The position numbers were made by a program, and so were the translations under genes. The notes beneath the pieces are model-generated. The model did no database searches and had not been told where the DNA came from. It worked only from the letters and a program-made list of their open reading frames with translations. This document shows positions 1 to 9,900 of a stretch of DNA of 32,000 nt, one piece after another. Numbering within the stretch: the stretch's first letter is position 1; every line of letters starts with the position of its first letter. This DNA comes from Candidatus Thorarchaeota archaeon (GTDB lineage: Archaea; Asgardarchaeota; Thorarchaeia; Thorarchaeales; Thorarchaeaceae): the NCBI GenBank assembly GCA_008080745.1, contig SHMX01000010.1:1-32000 (forward strand), read 5' to 3'.

Positions 1-183
1 TTTATGGACAAACTTGGACATCAGAGCGGTGTCCTCCCAGGCAACGGTACTGGGTGAAACTCTGTCCTGGTCAGGGATGCTATGTCTGTAGACCAGACCT
101 TCATCCTGTATCTCCCTATATAAGCTGCTATCAGATCCTGTCCAACAATGTCCAAGTTTTAAACAGCTGTTTGCAACCCTCAG
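1..183. repeat. Partial repeat element (left end outside window) related to the 10371-10707 element; inverted pair of TGGACA-N3-TTGGACA tandem repeats
   Basis: TGGACA-AAC-TTGGACA at 5-20 (+) and TGGACA-TTG-TTGGACA at 139-154 (-). Positions 139-179 align without net gap to 10663-10703. Perfect 12-bp inverted match between 10-21 and 148-159. Confidence 0.55.
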
Positions 184-325
184 GTTTCTTTTTCTCCCCA
201 CCTAACAAAGCCCAATGGTGATTGGCACAATACTTCATCTTTTGCCCCTGTATACCCGGGACGGAAGAAAAGGATATTTCTTCTTACTATTAGATGTGAT
301 CTATAGTATTCTGAATAGGGATGGA

Positions 326-348
326 ATGACCTGTTATGCACAGGTCAT
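326..348 (-). terminator. Perfect 9-bp inverted repeat just 3' of korA (terminator or 3' stabiliser; an operator is not excluded)
   Basis: ATGACCTGT-tatgc-ACAGGTCAT, 9 nt past the korA stop codon. Confidence 0.5.
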
Positions 349-357
349 CATCTACGC

Positions 358-1497
358 CTATATCGAGTCGATCTCTCTTATTTTTGCGAGAATTTCATGT
401 GGTAATTGTGGCATTCCCGCTGGCTTAGCCATTAGATGAATGGGCGTCGGAGCTGCTGCAGATCGAACCATATGGTATACTTGTCCAAGGTTCTGCTCTG
501 GAACAATGATGTGTTTTACTTCGGTACCCAAATCTGCAACGATATCTTCTGGGAATGGCCAGACGGTCTTAAGACGAAGCAGACCCGCTTTGATGCCTTC
601 CGCTCTTGCATCTTTGATTGCTTTCTTGGCACTTCGAGATGGTGTTCCATAGGCAATAACCGCTATGTCAGCATCGTCAAGCATGAATTTTTCCAAGTCA
701 ATAATATCGTCTGCATTCTTGAGAATTTTATCTTGAAGTCTGGTGACAAGTTTGATTTGGATGTGTTCTTTGTCGCTTGGATAACCTCTCTCATCATGAG
801 TCAGACCCGTTGCATAGAACTGATATTTCGAGCCCAATAGCGCCATAGGTGGGACTAGGTCATCCTCATCTGCCTTGAATGGTAGGTATTCAGATGGATC
901 CACTGTTGGTTGTTTTCGACTTACCAGTTTCAAATCCTTTTCATCTGGAATGACAAGTTTTTCTCGCATATGACCTACAGTTTCATCCGCAAGCACGAAC
1001 ACTGGAGTTCGATACTTTTCCGAAAGGTTGAAGGCCTGAACAGTTTGATCAAACATTTCTTGTACGGACGCAGGTGTTAAAGCTATGATTTGATAGTCAC
1101 CATGACTACCCCATTTTGCCTGCATGATATCACCCTGTTGTCCTCGGGTCGGTTGACCTGTACTTGGTCCACCTCTCATGATATTAACCAGTACCAGTGG
1201 TGTTTCGGTCATAACTGCAAGACCGATGGCCTCAAGCATTAAACTCACACCAGGACCCGAAGTTGCTGTCATGGATTTTGTCCCAGTCCAGGATGCTCCG
1301 ATAACGCTGGTAATAGATGCGATCTCGTCCTCGTATTGGACGTACGCACCTCCATATTGGGGCATTTTTTGTGACATCCACTCTGCAATCTCCGTTGCAG
1401 GTGTAATTGGATATCCTCCAAAATATTTACAGCCAGCAGCAAGAGCACCTTCTGCACAGGCGATATCGCCCATAGTAAACATAACTTTCTCAGGCAT
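358..1497 (-). CDS. korA: 2-oxoacid:ferredoxin oxidoreductase alpha subunit (KorA/VorA-type, no fused gamma domain)
   Basis: Motifs GYPITPATEI, EDEIAS, TATSGPG, RGGPSTGQPT. The start overlaps the korD stop (TAATG). Substrate specificity cannot be determined from sequence. Confidence 0.92.
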   Translation of the reverse strand: MPEKVMFTMGDIACAEGALAAGCKYFGGYPITPATEIAEWMSQKMPQYGGAYVQYEDEIASITSVIGASWTGTKSMTATSGPGVSLMLEAIGLAVMTETPLVLVNIMRGGPSTGQPTRGQQGDIMQAKWGSHGDYQIIALTPASVQEMFDQTVQAFNLSEKYRTPVFVLADETVGHMREKLVIPDEKDLKLVSRKQPTVDPSEYLPFKADEDDLVPPMALLGSKYQFYATGLTHDERGYPSDKEHIQIKLVTRLQDKILKNADDIIDLEKFMLDDADIAVIAYGTPSRSAKKAIKDARAEGIKAGLLRLKTVWPFPEDIVADLGTEVKHIIVPEQNLGQVYHMVRSAAAPTPIHLMAKPAGMPQLPHEILAKIREIDSI

Positions 1498-1859
1498 TAT
1501 TTCTCCTCCTTTTCCTTCTCTTTCTCTTTTTCCTTTTCTAGTTCAAATTCGGGAATTACCGTACCCTCTTGGAGTGCGCCTTCCTCGTATGCCTCTCGTG
1601 CCTCCTCACGGTCCGCAAGAAAAATTGCCATATCTGGACAAATTCTCTCACAGAATTCGCAGTTGACACAGGCCTCTATGTCGCATGCTGTGACGGGATG
1701 GTATCCTTTGCGGTTATAGATGTCTGTGAGACAAAGAACATTCTTTGGACAGAACTCTATACATAGTCCGCATTGCTTACATTGTTCTTGCAGAATAACT
1801 AGCACTTTCTCTCGCTTTCTTGCCGGCTTAGGTGTTATTGGCTTACGTACAGCTGACAT
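1497..1859 (-). CDS. korD: 2x[4Fe-4S] ferredoxin, delta subunit of 2-oxoacid oxidoreductase, with acidic/EK C-terminal tail
   Basis: CKQCGLCIEFCP and CVNCEFCERICP. ATG at 1859 is preceded by AAGGAG; the ORF track starts at TTG 1886. Coupled to korA. Confidence 0.87.
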   Translation of the reverse strand: MSAVRKPITPKPARKREKVLVILQEQCKQCGLCIEFCPKNVLCLTDIYNRKGYHPVTACDIEACVNCEFCERICPDMAIFLADREEAREAYEEGALQEGTVIPEFELEKEKEKEKEKEEK

Positions 1860-1917
1860 CGATGGCTTCTCCTTTTCCGGATACAATGCTTTGTGTGCCT
1901 GATTGCATTGGGGGATT

Positions 1918-1934
1918 ACTGAGTCTTACTCAGT
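1918..1934. promoter_or_regulatory. Candidate palindromic operator in the korD / wHTH divergent region
   Basis: ACTGAGT-ctt-ACTCAGT, a perfect 7-bp inverted repeat about 60 bp upstream of korD. Confidence 0.3.
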
Positions 1935-2063
1935 TTGCCTGAACATGGGCGAACAAAGCACCTATTTTAGCCTTACCTTGGGGGACAACATTGGATATAC
2001 GAAAGAGTCACAGTTAAGAGCCTGTCCATCTATACATGATTCACAAGTGAGGGAGTCTATACT

Positions 2064-2528
2064 TTGCCGGATGAAAATCTTTCAGAAGATGAATTGGCAA
2101 AACAATTGAAAGGAAAGACTCTCCGTGTCTACTGGTACATGTTACGCCATCCAGAGCCGATGACTGCAAGAGAGATTCAACGAGGAACCGATCTGTCCAG
2201 TCCGTCGTTATCCATGCATCATCTGGAAAAATTGCGTGATATCGGACTTGTAGATAAAGACGTGCATGGGCAATACACAATCAAACGAGATGTGCGTGTT
2301 GGTGTATTGAAATTGTTTGTAGGTAGAGGTAGGATGATGGTACCTCGATATCTAACATATGCAACTTTCTATACATCGGTCACTGCAGCATTGTCAACTA
2401 TGCTATGGCGATTCTTTGATTGGTACTCCATAATTTTGCTCATATTGTTGATATCTATGAATCTTGTATTATGGTACGAAGCTCTGAGAGTATGGAATGA
2501 GCAACCATTCCCCGAAGAACAAGAATAA
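2064..2528 (+). CDS. Winged-helix (ArsR-like) transcriptional regulator with two C-terminal transmembrane helices
   Basis: MTAREIQRGTDLSSPSLSMHHLEKLRDIGLVDKD wHTH pattern, followed by two hydrophobic segments. TTG start. Confidence 0.85.
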   Translation: MPDENLSEDELAKQLKGKTLRVYWYMLRHPEPMTAREIQRGTDLSSPSLSMHHLEKLRDIGLVDKDVHGQYTIKRDVRVGVLKLFVGRGRMMVPRYLTYATFYTSVTAALSTMLWRFFDWYSIILLILLISMNLVLWYEALRVWNEQPFPEEQE

Positions 2529-2587
2529 GAAATGTGTACTATGAGTAGAACTATGTACTAAAACACACAATGGGATGATGAATTGAT

Positions 2588-3514
2588 ATGACTGAGAGGA
2601 CTGCTGGATTTGCACTACACATAAGATGTATCTCTATGCAATCTCTTGTTTCATTAGCACTACTTACCTATATCCTTATGATGCCATTGATTGCTAATAA
2701 TCCGGTCTCCATCACGTATCATAACAATCCAAATCTTTCTGCTGATGAGCCTCAGCTAACTTTGTCGTACTATTCTCTTTGGAATACTACTCCTACTCCC
2801 ATATCTTCTGGAGTTCGTATTTCTGGCGATCATGTGGTATTACTAGCAGAATGGTCTCCTGATGGTCTAGTTGATAATACAAGCATCAAAGTTCATGCAC
2901 CCGCGATTCCTATTACCATCTCAAACGAGTCTACAACTGATTCTGTTAGGATAAATACACGTATTCTGGGAAATAATGCTACATGTAGTGTCAATGTGAC
3001 CGCATGGTTATTCAATGGGTCAATCATATCTGAGGTTTTCACTGAAGTTTTCATTGGTAACTTTTTTGTTCCTGATATCTCAATTATTACCCCCACCTCC
3101 GACTCGGTATGGACTGGTGTAAACAATATCACTTGGATTGCATCCGACTTGAATAGTGGAGATGTGTTGACCTACGATGTTTTTCTATCATCAGATTCGG
3201 GGCAGACATATCAAGTACTCGCAAGCGATTTGACAAAAATGTGGTATGAATGGAATTGCACAGGATTGACTATGAATGATACTTATAGGGTCCGGGTACA
3301 GGTGAGTGATGGAATCTATTCTAGTTTTGATACATCAGAAACCTTTACTGCTGGAGATGTTATTATTACGTCAACAACCACTACTACAGTGACTTCTACC
3401 ACCACTACAACTACAGACCCTGACCTCATCACAGCCGCTTTTATCGCAGCTGCTATAGTTTCTAGTGGTATAATGGCAATAGTTGTCTATTATGTGGCAA
3501 GAAAGTGGCTCTAA
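2588..3514 (+). CDS. Secreted, C-terminally anchored surface protein with Ig/FN3-like beta domain and Thr-rich linker
   Basis: N-terminal hydrophobic segment, ITWIASD..YDVFLSSDSGQTY..YRVRVQVSDG beta-sandwich pattern, TTTTTTVTSTTTTTT linker, C-terminal TM helix, many NxS/T sequons. The start could be ATG 2636. Confidence 0.8.
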   Translation: MTERTAGFALHIRCISMQSLVSLALLTYILMMPLIANNPVSITYHNNPNLSADEPQLTLSYYSLWNTTPTPISSGVRISGDHVVLLAEWSPDGLVDNTSIKVHAPAIPITISNESTTDSVRINTRILGNNATCSVNVTAWLFNGSIISEVFTEVFIGNFFVPDISIITPTSDSVWTGVNNITWIASDLNSGDVLTYDVFLSSDSGQTYQVLASDLTKMWYEWNCTGLTMNDTYRVRVQVSDGIYSSFDTSETFTAGDVIITSTTTTTVTSTTTTTTDPDLITAAFIAAAIVSSGIMAIVVYYVARKWL

Positions 3515-3531
3515 GCCACTCTCTTCACCAA

Positions 3532-4428
3532 TTATTCAAGAATTCGGTCGAGGATATCCTGAGTACTTACAACATGCTTGTGGAGACCAAGTTCATCGGG
3601 ATCCAATCCCATTGCAAGTCCTAATAACTGGGTCACATAGATGACGGGAAGTTTGTATTTCGTCTCTCCCATTTCTTTGTTTAGCTGAGCCTGAGAAAAC
3701 TCGAACTGGAGGTGACAGAATGAACACGCGTTCAAAAGGACATCAGCTTCTGCATCCATCATGTTATCCAGTTTTTCTTTCGCAATGTCTACCGAAACTG
3801 GAGCGTTACTTCCTCTAACACCACCTCCAGCTCCACAACACATGTACTTGTCCTTGTACTTGACACTCTTTGCTCCTGTAAGTTCTACAAGATTATCCAA
3901 GAACGAGTGTCTCTGTGTCTTTTCCCACGGGCGAAGCTTGCTGGGTTTCAGCAAATGACACCCATAGTGAACGGCTACTTTAAGACCGTCAAGTGGCCTC
4001 TTGATTTTTTTCTTAAATTCCTCAGGTGGAACCTCTAAAATAAGCTCCAAAATGTGCTTAGCATCAGCCTCTCCCTTATACTTGATACCTGATTTTTTGA
4101 GTACCTTTTGAACCTCTTTTAGTCTCTCGGGGTTCTCATGAACAATATGAAGTGCCTCTTTGAATGTTCCATAGCAACCATTGCAGCCTGTGGTCAGGTC
4201 ATGTCCTGCCATCTCAGCTAACGCAATGTTTCTTGAAGCCAATGCAAGCCATGTGGGCTCATTGAAGGAACGTATGACTCCGGGTGCTGGACAACAACTT
4301 GCTCCTTGAAGGTCTTCTAGTTCGTATCCTAACTCAGGCATAACAGTTCGTATGGATTTCTCAGCGTTAGGAAATCGATTAGGCATTACACAGCCTAAGA
4401 AGAATGAATATGTCTTTGAACCGGTCAT
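3532..4428 (-). CDS. hdrB: Heterodisulfide reductase subunit B (copy 1)
   Basis: Two intact CCG domains: GC..SCCPAPG..GCNGC and HYGCH..CCGAGGG..CSFC. Confidence 0.95.
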   Translation of the reverse strand: MTGSKTYSFFLGCVMPNRFPNAEKSIRTVMPELGYELEDLQGASCCPAPGVIRSFNEPTWLALASRNIALAEMAGHDLTTGCNGCYGTFKEALHIVHENPERLKEVQKVLKKSGIKYKGEADAKHILELILEVPPEEFKKKIKRPLDGLKVAVHYGCHLLKPSKLRPWEKTQRHSFLDNLVELTGAKSVKYKDKYMCCGAGGGVRGSNAPVSVDIAKEKLDNMMDAEADVLLNACSFCHLQFEFSQAQLNKEMGETKYKLPVIYVTQLLGLAMGLDPDELGLHKHVVSTQDILDRILE

Positions 4429-4979
4429 TTGGAATCCTTCTCCATTTCAGCACCTTCAACGAGGTCATTGAACCCAGTTTCTTCCATTATTCGCTTGACG
4501 TCCTTCAGAGCATCCTTATGTGAATGAACGGTAGGTGGTATCTCTTGTAGACCAAGTTCTTTTCTCATTTCTTGATTCGCCTCATCAATGGGAACTGCGT
4601 GTCCCGTCTGAATGAGTTTCTGTGAAACCTTTCTATGCTGAGGTAGCATATACCCCTCTTTCACCGCCATATTTCGCATAATGACAATGGCGTCTGTAAC
4701 TTTGATCTGTCGTGGGCATCTTTCTAGACATGTAAGACAAGTGGCACAAAGCCAAAGATCAGGGCTACTTAGTACCTCATCCTTGAGACCAAGGAGCGCC
4801 TTTCTCATGAGTTCTCGAGTTCTAAATGCTGTACGTCTACCACTAGGGCAGACACTTGAACATGTACCGCATTGAATGCATGTACGTATTCTATCAGCAC
4901 CCGCTTCGACAATCTTGTCCACAAAATCTGGATCCATTTCGTCTGAATCGATTGTTTCTCTACTGATTGAATCAGTCAT
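4425..4979 (-). CDS. hdrC: Heterodisulfide reductase subunit C (copy 1)
   Basis: CIQCGTCSSVCP, WLCATCLTCLERCP and TGHAVP C-terminal region. 4-bp overlap with hdrB. Confidence 0.94.
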   Translation of the reverse strand: MTDSISRETIDSDEMDPDFVDKIVEAGADRIRTCIQCGTCSSVCPSGRRTAFRTRELMRKALLGLKDEVLSSPDLWLCATCLTCLERCPRQIKVTDAIVIMRNMAVKEGYMLPQHRKVSQKLIQTGHAVPIDEANQEMRKELGLQEIPPTVHSHKDALKDVKRIMEETGFNDLVEGAEMEKDSK

Positions 4980-5149
4980 TGGAAGACCTCTGAGTCCGTT
5001 GATATGAACACGAATATTTGGTTCATTTATATGTATAGTTTCAGTTATGGCATTACACGCTAGGTTATCTCCTTTCCCCTCTGAAGAATTGGTGTATTTG
5101 GCAACGGATTTAAGTGTTAGATTATTCGGGTCAAGTATCGGTGGTTACA
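4980..5149. promoter_or_regulatory. Divergent promoter region for the two hdrC-hdrB operons
   Basis: AT-rich TTTATATGTATAG near 5025-5037 and TTTAAG near 5109, at plausible TATA distances from the two starts. Not mapped experimentally. Confidence 0.4.
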
Positions 5150-5692
5150 TTGACCAGTACTGAGGAAAAACCTGCTGTTTTGATTTCCGAGCCCGATACA
5201 GAGTTCATCGAGCTGATTAAGAGGACCGGAGGTCCCAATATTCAATCCTGTTATCAATGTGGTACTTGTAGTGGAAGCTGTCCTGCTGGAGCTAGGACAA
5301 ACTATCTTGTTCGAGGAATTATTCGGAAAGCACTTCTTGGTCTTAAGGAAGAAGTAATTTCCGCACCTGAATTATGGTATTGTACAACATGCTATACCTG
5401 TACTGATCGATGTCCACAAGATGTCAAACCTACTGATGTCATTAAAGCAATTAGGAATATTGCTGTACAAGAAGGATACATGTTACCCCCTCACCAAAAG
5501 GTGGCTCAAAAGGTCTTGGAGACTGGACATGCAGTTCCTTTGGATAAGGAATCTTGGCAAAAGCTTCGAGAGAAAGTTGGACTTGAACCAGTTCCTCCCA
5601 ATGCCAGTAGGTATCCTGAAGCCATTGAAGAAATCATGAAGATATCAAAGAAGAGCGGCTTTGATAAACTTGTAGAGGAAAAGGAGGAGTAA
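5150..5692 (+). CDS. hdrC: Heterodisulfide reductase subunit C (copy 2)
   Basis: CYQCGTCSGSCP, WYCTTCYTCTDRCP and TGHAVP. Likely TTG start at 5150 after GGTGG; the ORF track starts at 5114. Confidence 0.93.
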   Translation: MTSTEEKPAVLISEPDTEFIELIKRTGGPNIQSCYQCGTCSGSCPAGARTNYLVRGIIRKALLGLKEEVISAPELWYCTTCYTCTDRCPQDVKPTDVIKAIRNIAVQEGYMLPPHQKVAQKVLETGHAVPLDKESWQKLREKVGLEPVPPNASRYPEAIEEIMKISKKSGFDKLVEEKEE

Positions 5693-5695
5693 TAA

Positions 5696-6619
5696 ATGGC
5701 AAAGAAACCTCAATTCATGCATTTTCTGGGCTGCATTATACCTCATAGATATCCAAGCATCGAAAGTGCAGTCAAACTAGTGTTCGAGGACCTTGGAATG
5801 GAACTATTGGACATGGAAGGTGCTAGTTGTTGTCCTGCTCCTGGTGTCTTTGGATCTTTTGATAGAGTTACTTGGGCAAGTGTATCTGCTCGGAATCTTA
5901 CGATTGCCGAGGCAGCTGGTGTACCTATCACCACAGGCTGCAATGGCTGTTTTGCTAGTCTTTGGGATGCTAATTACGAGCTCAAACATGATAAAGAATT
6001 AAGAAAATCTGTTAATGAAAACCTTGCCGAGATTGGTCGCGAGTTCAAGGGAACTATTGAAGTCACTCATTATGTTGATGCCCTATACTCTACAGCAGGT
6101 CTTGAAAAAATCAAAAAACATGTTGTTCGTCCGTTAAAAGGTGTGCGAATGGCTTTGCATCCTGGTTGCCACTGGATGCGTCCAAAGGCAATCAAGAAAA
6201 AGGATGACTCAGAAAATCCTCACATCTTTCGTGAGCTTTGTGAAGTTTCAGGGGCGGAATATGTCCCCTATAGGGATGAACTAATTTGTTGTGGTGCTGG
6301 AGGCGCTGTTCGAACTGCAGATGTGAAGGTTGCCCTAGAATTCACAAAACAGAAATTCGAGAGTATACTAGAAGCTGGTGGGGCAGATATTATCGTGACC
6401 CCTTGCCCATTCTGCGAATTGCAACTTGATTTGGGGCAGGTCGAGATTCAGAAGCATTTTGGTGATGAATTCAATTTTGATATCATGCATGTTGTAGAAT
6501 TACTTGCTCTGGCCTTTGGACACGAACCGGAGGAGTTTGGTCTTGATACCCATTTACAATACGCAATGCGAAAGAACCAGCCCAATTGGGAACGGCTCGG
6601 TATAAAGACCGAAGGATAA
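5696..6619 (+). CDS. hdrB: Heterodisulfide reductase subunit B (copy 2)
   Basis: GC..SCCPAPG..GCNGC and HPGCH..CCGAGG..CPFC. 3 bp after hdrC. Confidence 0.95.
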   Translation: MAKKPQFMHFLGCIIPHRYPSIESAVKLVFEDLGMELLDMEGASCCPAPGVFGSFDRVTWASVSARNLTIAEAAGVPITTGCNGCFASLWDANYELKHDKELRKSVNENLAEIGREFKGTIEVTHYVDALYSTAGLEKIKKHVVRPLKGVRMALHPGCHWMRPKAIKKKDDSENPHIFRELCEVSGAEYVPYRDELICCGAGGAVRTADVKVALEFTKQKFESILEAGGADIIVTPCPFCELQLDLGQVEIQKHFGDEFNFDIMHVVELLALAFGHEPEEFGLDTHLQYAMRKNQPNWERLGIKTEG

Positions 6620-6652
6620 ATCATCAATTCTTAGAATCCTTGGATATATCTT

Positions 6653-6689
6653 GAGGTTGGACTTCCAATTCGGTCAAGTCTTCAACCTC
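6653..6689 (+). terminator. Bulged stem-loop downstream of hdrB copy 2
   Basis: GAGGTTG/CAACCTC plus GACTT/AAGTC stems with a TT bulge and an 11-nt loop. Confidence 0.4.
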
Positions 6690-6907
6690 TCGATTTTTGT
6701 GGCTAGTTTTATTTCTGGAAATATATGCCCTAGTGAAAAGTCTAACTGCTTTCATCCTCTCTCACACTTGATACTATTGTGCTACTATTTAACTTCATCT
6801 GGTAAGTCTGCCGATGTTATGATGAACTCGTTAAATGAGATTGTCGAACAACAAACGTTTTATCGCTCGAATTGATTTCGCTCCATATCACCCGGAGTGA
6901 ATGGAAT

Positions 6908-9900
6908 ATGGCAGATGCCTCAGCAAAGCCCGTTGTCATAATCGGTGCTGGAATCGCTGGTATACGCGCAGCACTTGATCTAGCTGATATGGGCGTCAAA
7001 GTCTACATGGTTGAGAAAGAACCCAGTATCGGAGGCCATATGGCCCAATTGGATAAGACCTTTCCCACACTTGATTGTAGTATGTGTATCATGGGTCCGT
7101 GGATGGTTGACTGTTCTCGCCATCCAAATATTGAGATCCTCGCATACTCTGAAGTAACTGATGTTACTGGGAAACAAGGCGACTTCCAAGTCACAGTTCT
7201 TAAACACACTCGTCGTGTCGATCCGGAAAAATGCACTGGATGCGGTGATTGCGAACGTGTATGTCCAATTGAAGTGCCCAATGAATATGATATGGGTCTC
7301 AAGATGCGAAAGGCTACTTATATTCCCTTTCCGCAGGCGGTACCAAATATTGCAACGATAGATATTGAGAATTGCATTCAATGTATGACCTGTGTGAAAT
7401 CTTGTAAAGCAGAAGCAATCAATTTCGACCTGCCTGATGAAAGTATTGTGATAAACGCAGGATCCATTATTTTAGCAACTGGTTACAAGTTGCTTGATGC
7501 ATCCACAGTTCCAGAGTACGGGTATGGTCGCTATCCAAATGTCGTTTCTGCACTGGAATATGAGAGAATGGTTTCAGCAAGTGGTCCAACCAGTGGGATA
7601 GTTATGCGTCCTTCAGATGGACGGGAGCCACAACGAATAGCCTTCATTCAGTGTGTTGGCAGTCGTGATGTGAATCACTGTGCGTATTGTTCGCGGATAT
7701 GCTGTACCTATGCAACTAAAGAGGCGATCATTACAAAGGAACACACTCCCGATGTTCACATCGATATTCTCTATAATGATATGCGGGCATTTGGGAAAGG
7801 CTTTGAGGAATTTCTCGTTCGGGGTGAGAACGAATATGGCATTAATTATCTCAAAGGATTACCGAGTGAGATATTCGAGGACCCTGCAACCCGCGATTTG
7901 CTGATACGACACAGTGATGCTAAAGGCCATGATGTACTTGAAGATAGATATGATTTAGTAGTACTCTGCCCTGCAATGATTCCCAATGCTAACGATGAAC
8001 TATTAGAAACACTTGGAATAAAAGTTGATGATTATGGCTTTGTCCCAGGTCCTGATTCAATAGAGAGTGTAGCTACTACCGTTCCGGGTATTCATATGTG
8101 TGGTGCGGTAAATAGACCAAAAGATATTCCTGACTCTGTTGCTCAAGGAAGTGCAGCAGCAGCTCTAGCTACTTTAGATATTACCATTCCAAAGTCCGAA
8201 ACTGAAGCCCTTTCTGAGGGTGATCTAGAACTAATGGCTGCTGAACCGCGAGTCGGTGTCTTCATCTGCTCCTGTGGAATTAACATCGCAGGTACCGTAG
8301 ATGTGGATGAAGTCACAGAATATGCAGGCACCCTTCCAGATGTAGTATTTTCAGAAAATCTTCTTTACTCCTGTTCTTCTGACGCTCAAGTGGTCATCAA
8401 GGATGCAATCAAAGAACACAAACTCAATCGTGTTGTTGTTGCATCTTGCACTCCTAGGACTCATGAACCGCTATTTCGTGCAACGATTGAAGAAGCAGGA
8501 CTCAACAAGTATCTCTTTGCAATGGCAAACATCCGAGAACACTGTTCTTGGGTACATCAGCATGCAAAAGACGAGGCAACTGTAAAGGCAATGGATCTGG
8601 TTAGAATGGCAGTTGCACGTTCTCGATTATTAGAGCCTCAGGAAGAAGCTGTCACTGAGATTGAGCCCTCTGTTCTTGTCATCGGGGGTGGTTTATCTGG
8701 TATGGCAGCTGCAGACCTTATCGCTAACAAAGGTTACAAAGTTCATCTCGTTGAGAAGGAAGATCGTCTCGGGGGCCTCTTGAATGATCTCACAACTGTG
8801 AATTTTGATTTTCGCCCAACTTCTGAGCTAGTTTATCATTATGAGTCGCTAATGAAAAATAACGAGAACATAGAAATGTATCTCTCCTCTAAAGTTGTTC
8901 AGGCAAAGGGATCAATTGGTGATTTTGATATCGTTATACAATCTGGAAAAGAAAAGCTGGAATTGAAGGTCGGAGTGGTCATCATTGCTACAGGTGCTAT
9001 TCAGTTAGAAGAGAAGGGTCTCTATGGTCTGAAGAAGATCCCTGAGGTTATGACCGAACTCGAACTCAATAAGAGAATAGACACTGGAGAGGGCATTGAA
9101 GATGGTGATACCTTTGCAGTGATCCACTGTGCTGGGTCTCGTGAGGATGAATCACTTGAGGGGTCCCGTACATGGTGTTCGAGCATCTGCTGCACAATTG
9201 CTATTGAACATTCTCTAGATCTCTTAGAAAAATATCCCAATTCTAGAATTTTCCATCTCTATAGGGATCTTCGCGTCCCATATGAGGTTGAGGACAAATA
9301 CCGTGAGGCCCGGAAGAAAGGCATCGTATTTGTTCGATTTGATGGGGACAATCCCCCCATAGTGAAAAAAGGAAAAGACAAGGCTGTTCTTGTGGAAGTG
9401 CAAGATCAGATACTAGGAGCTCAATTGAATCTAGATGTTGACCATGTAGTCCTTGCTACTGCTATGATTCCCCGTGAAGAGAACAAGGAACTATCTGAAT
9501 TATTCAAAGTCCCTCTCAATATGTCCGGTTTCTTCATGGAGGCGCATCCCAAGTTACGTCCAGTAGATTTTCAAACTGATGGGGTATATGTTGCAGGTAC
9601 TGCTACAGCACCAAAGGGAATCGCTGAATCTATTGCACAGGGACGTGGTGCTGCCGCTCGTGCATTAATTCCGCTTGCTAGGGGTATAAGAAAAGCAGAG
9701 GCCATTGTTTCGGTTGTTGACCCTGAAGTCTGTGTGGGCTGTGGAACTTGTGAGATTAATTGTGCCTATAATGCTATAGAAGTGGTCCCAGGCGATGGTA
9801 GCCATGACTATGCTGTACCTAACCCCGTTCTCTGTCAAGGTTGTGGAAAATGTGCTGCAGGCTGTCCTGCTGGTGCAATCACTATGAAACATTTCACAGA

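Noticed and set aside
20-70. Fragments resembling RNase P, SRP helix 8 or HEARO/omega RNA (GCAACGGTA, GGGTGAAAC, TTTCACCCAGT)
   Set aside because: Only isolated short words; the ordered conserved regions of these RNAs are absent.
156-164. GTT-N3-AAC SurR-like box
   Set aside because: Not conserved in the homologous end at 10680, and not in a promoter position.
132-237. Shared peptide QL(F/I)KTWT(L/I)LD in short minus-strand ORFs at both elements
   Set aside because: WTxLD is the automatic translation of TGGACA-N3-TTGGAC and also appears at the opposite ends. DNA-level conservation is more parsimonious.
6653-6689. Minus-strand stem-GAA-GAC..GTC-stem resembling an archaeal SECIS
   Set aside because: The opposing base is C rather than A, and no minus-strand gene with a TGA lies upstream.
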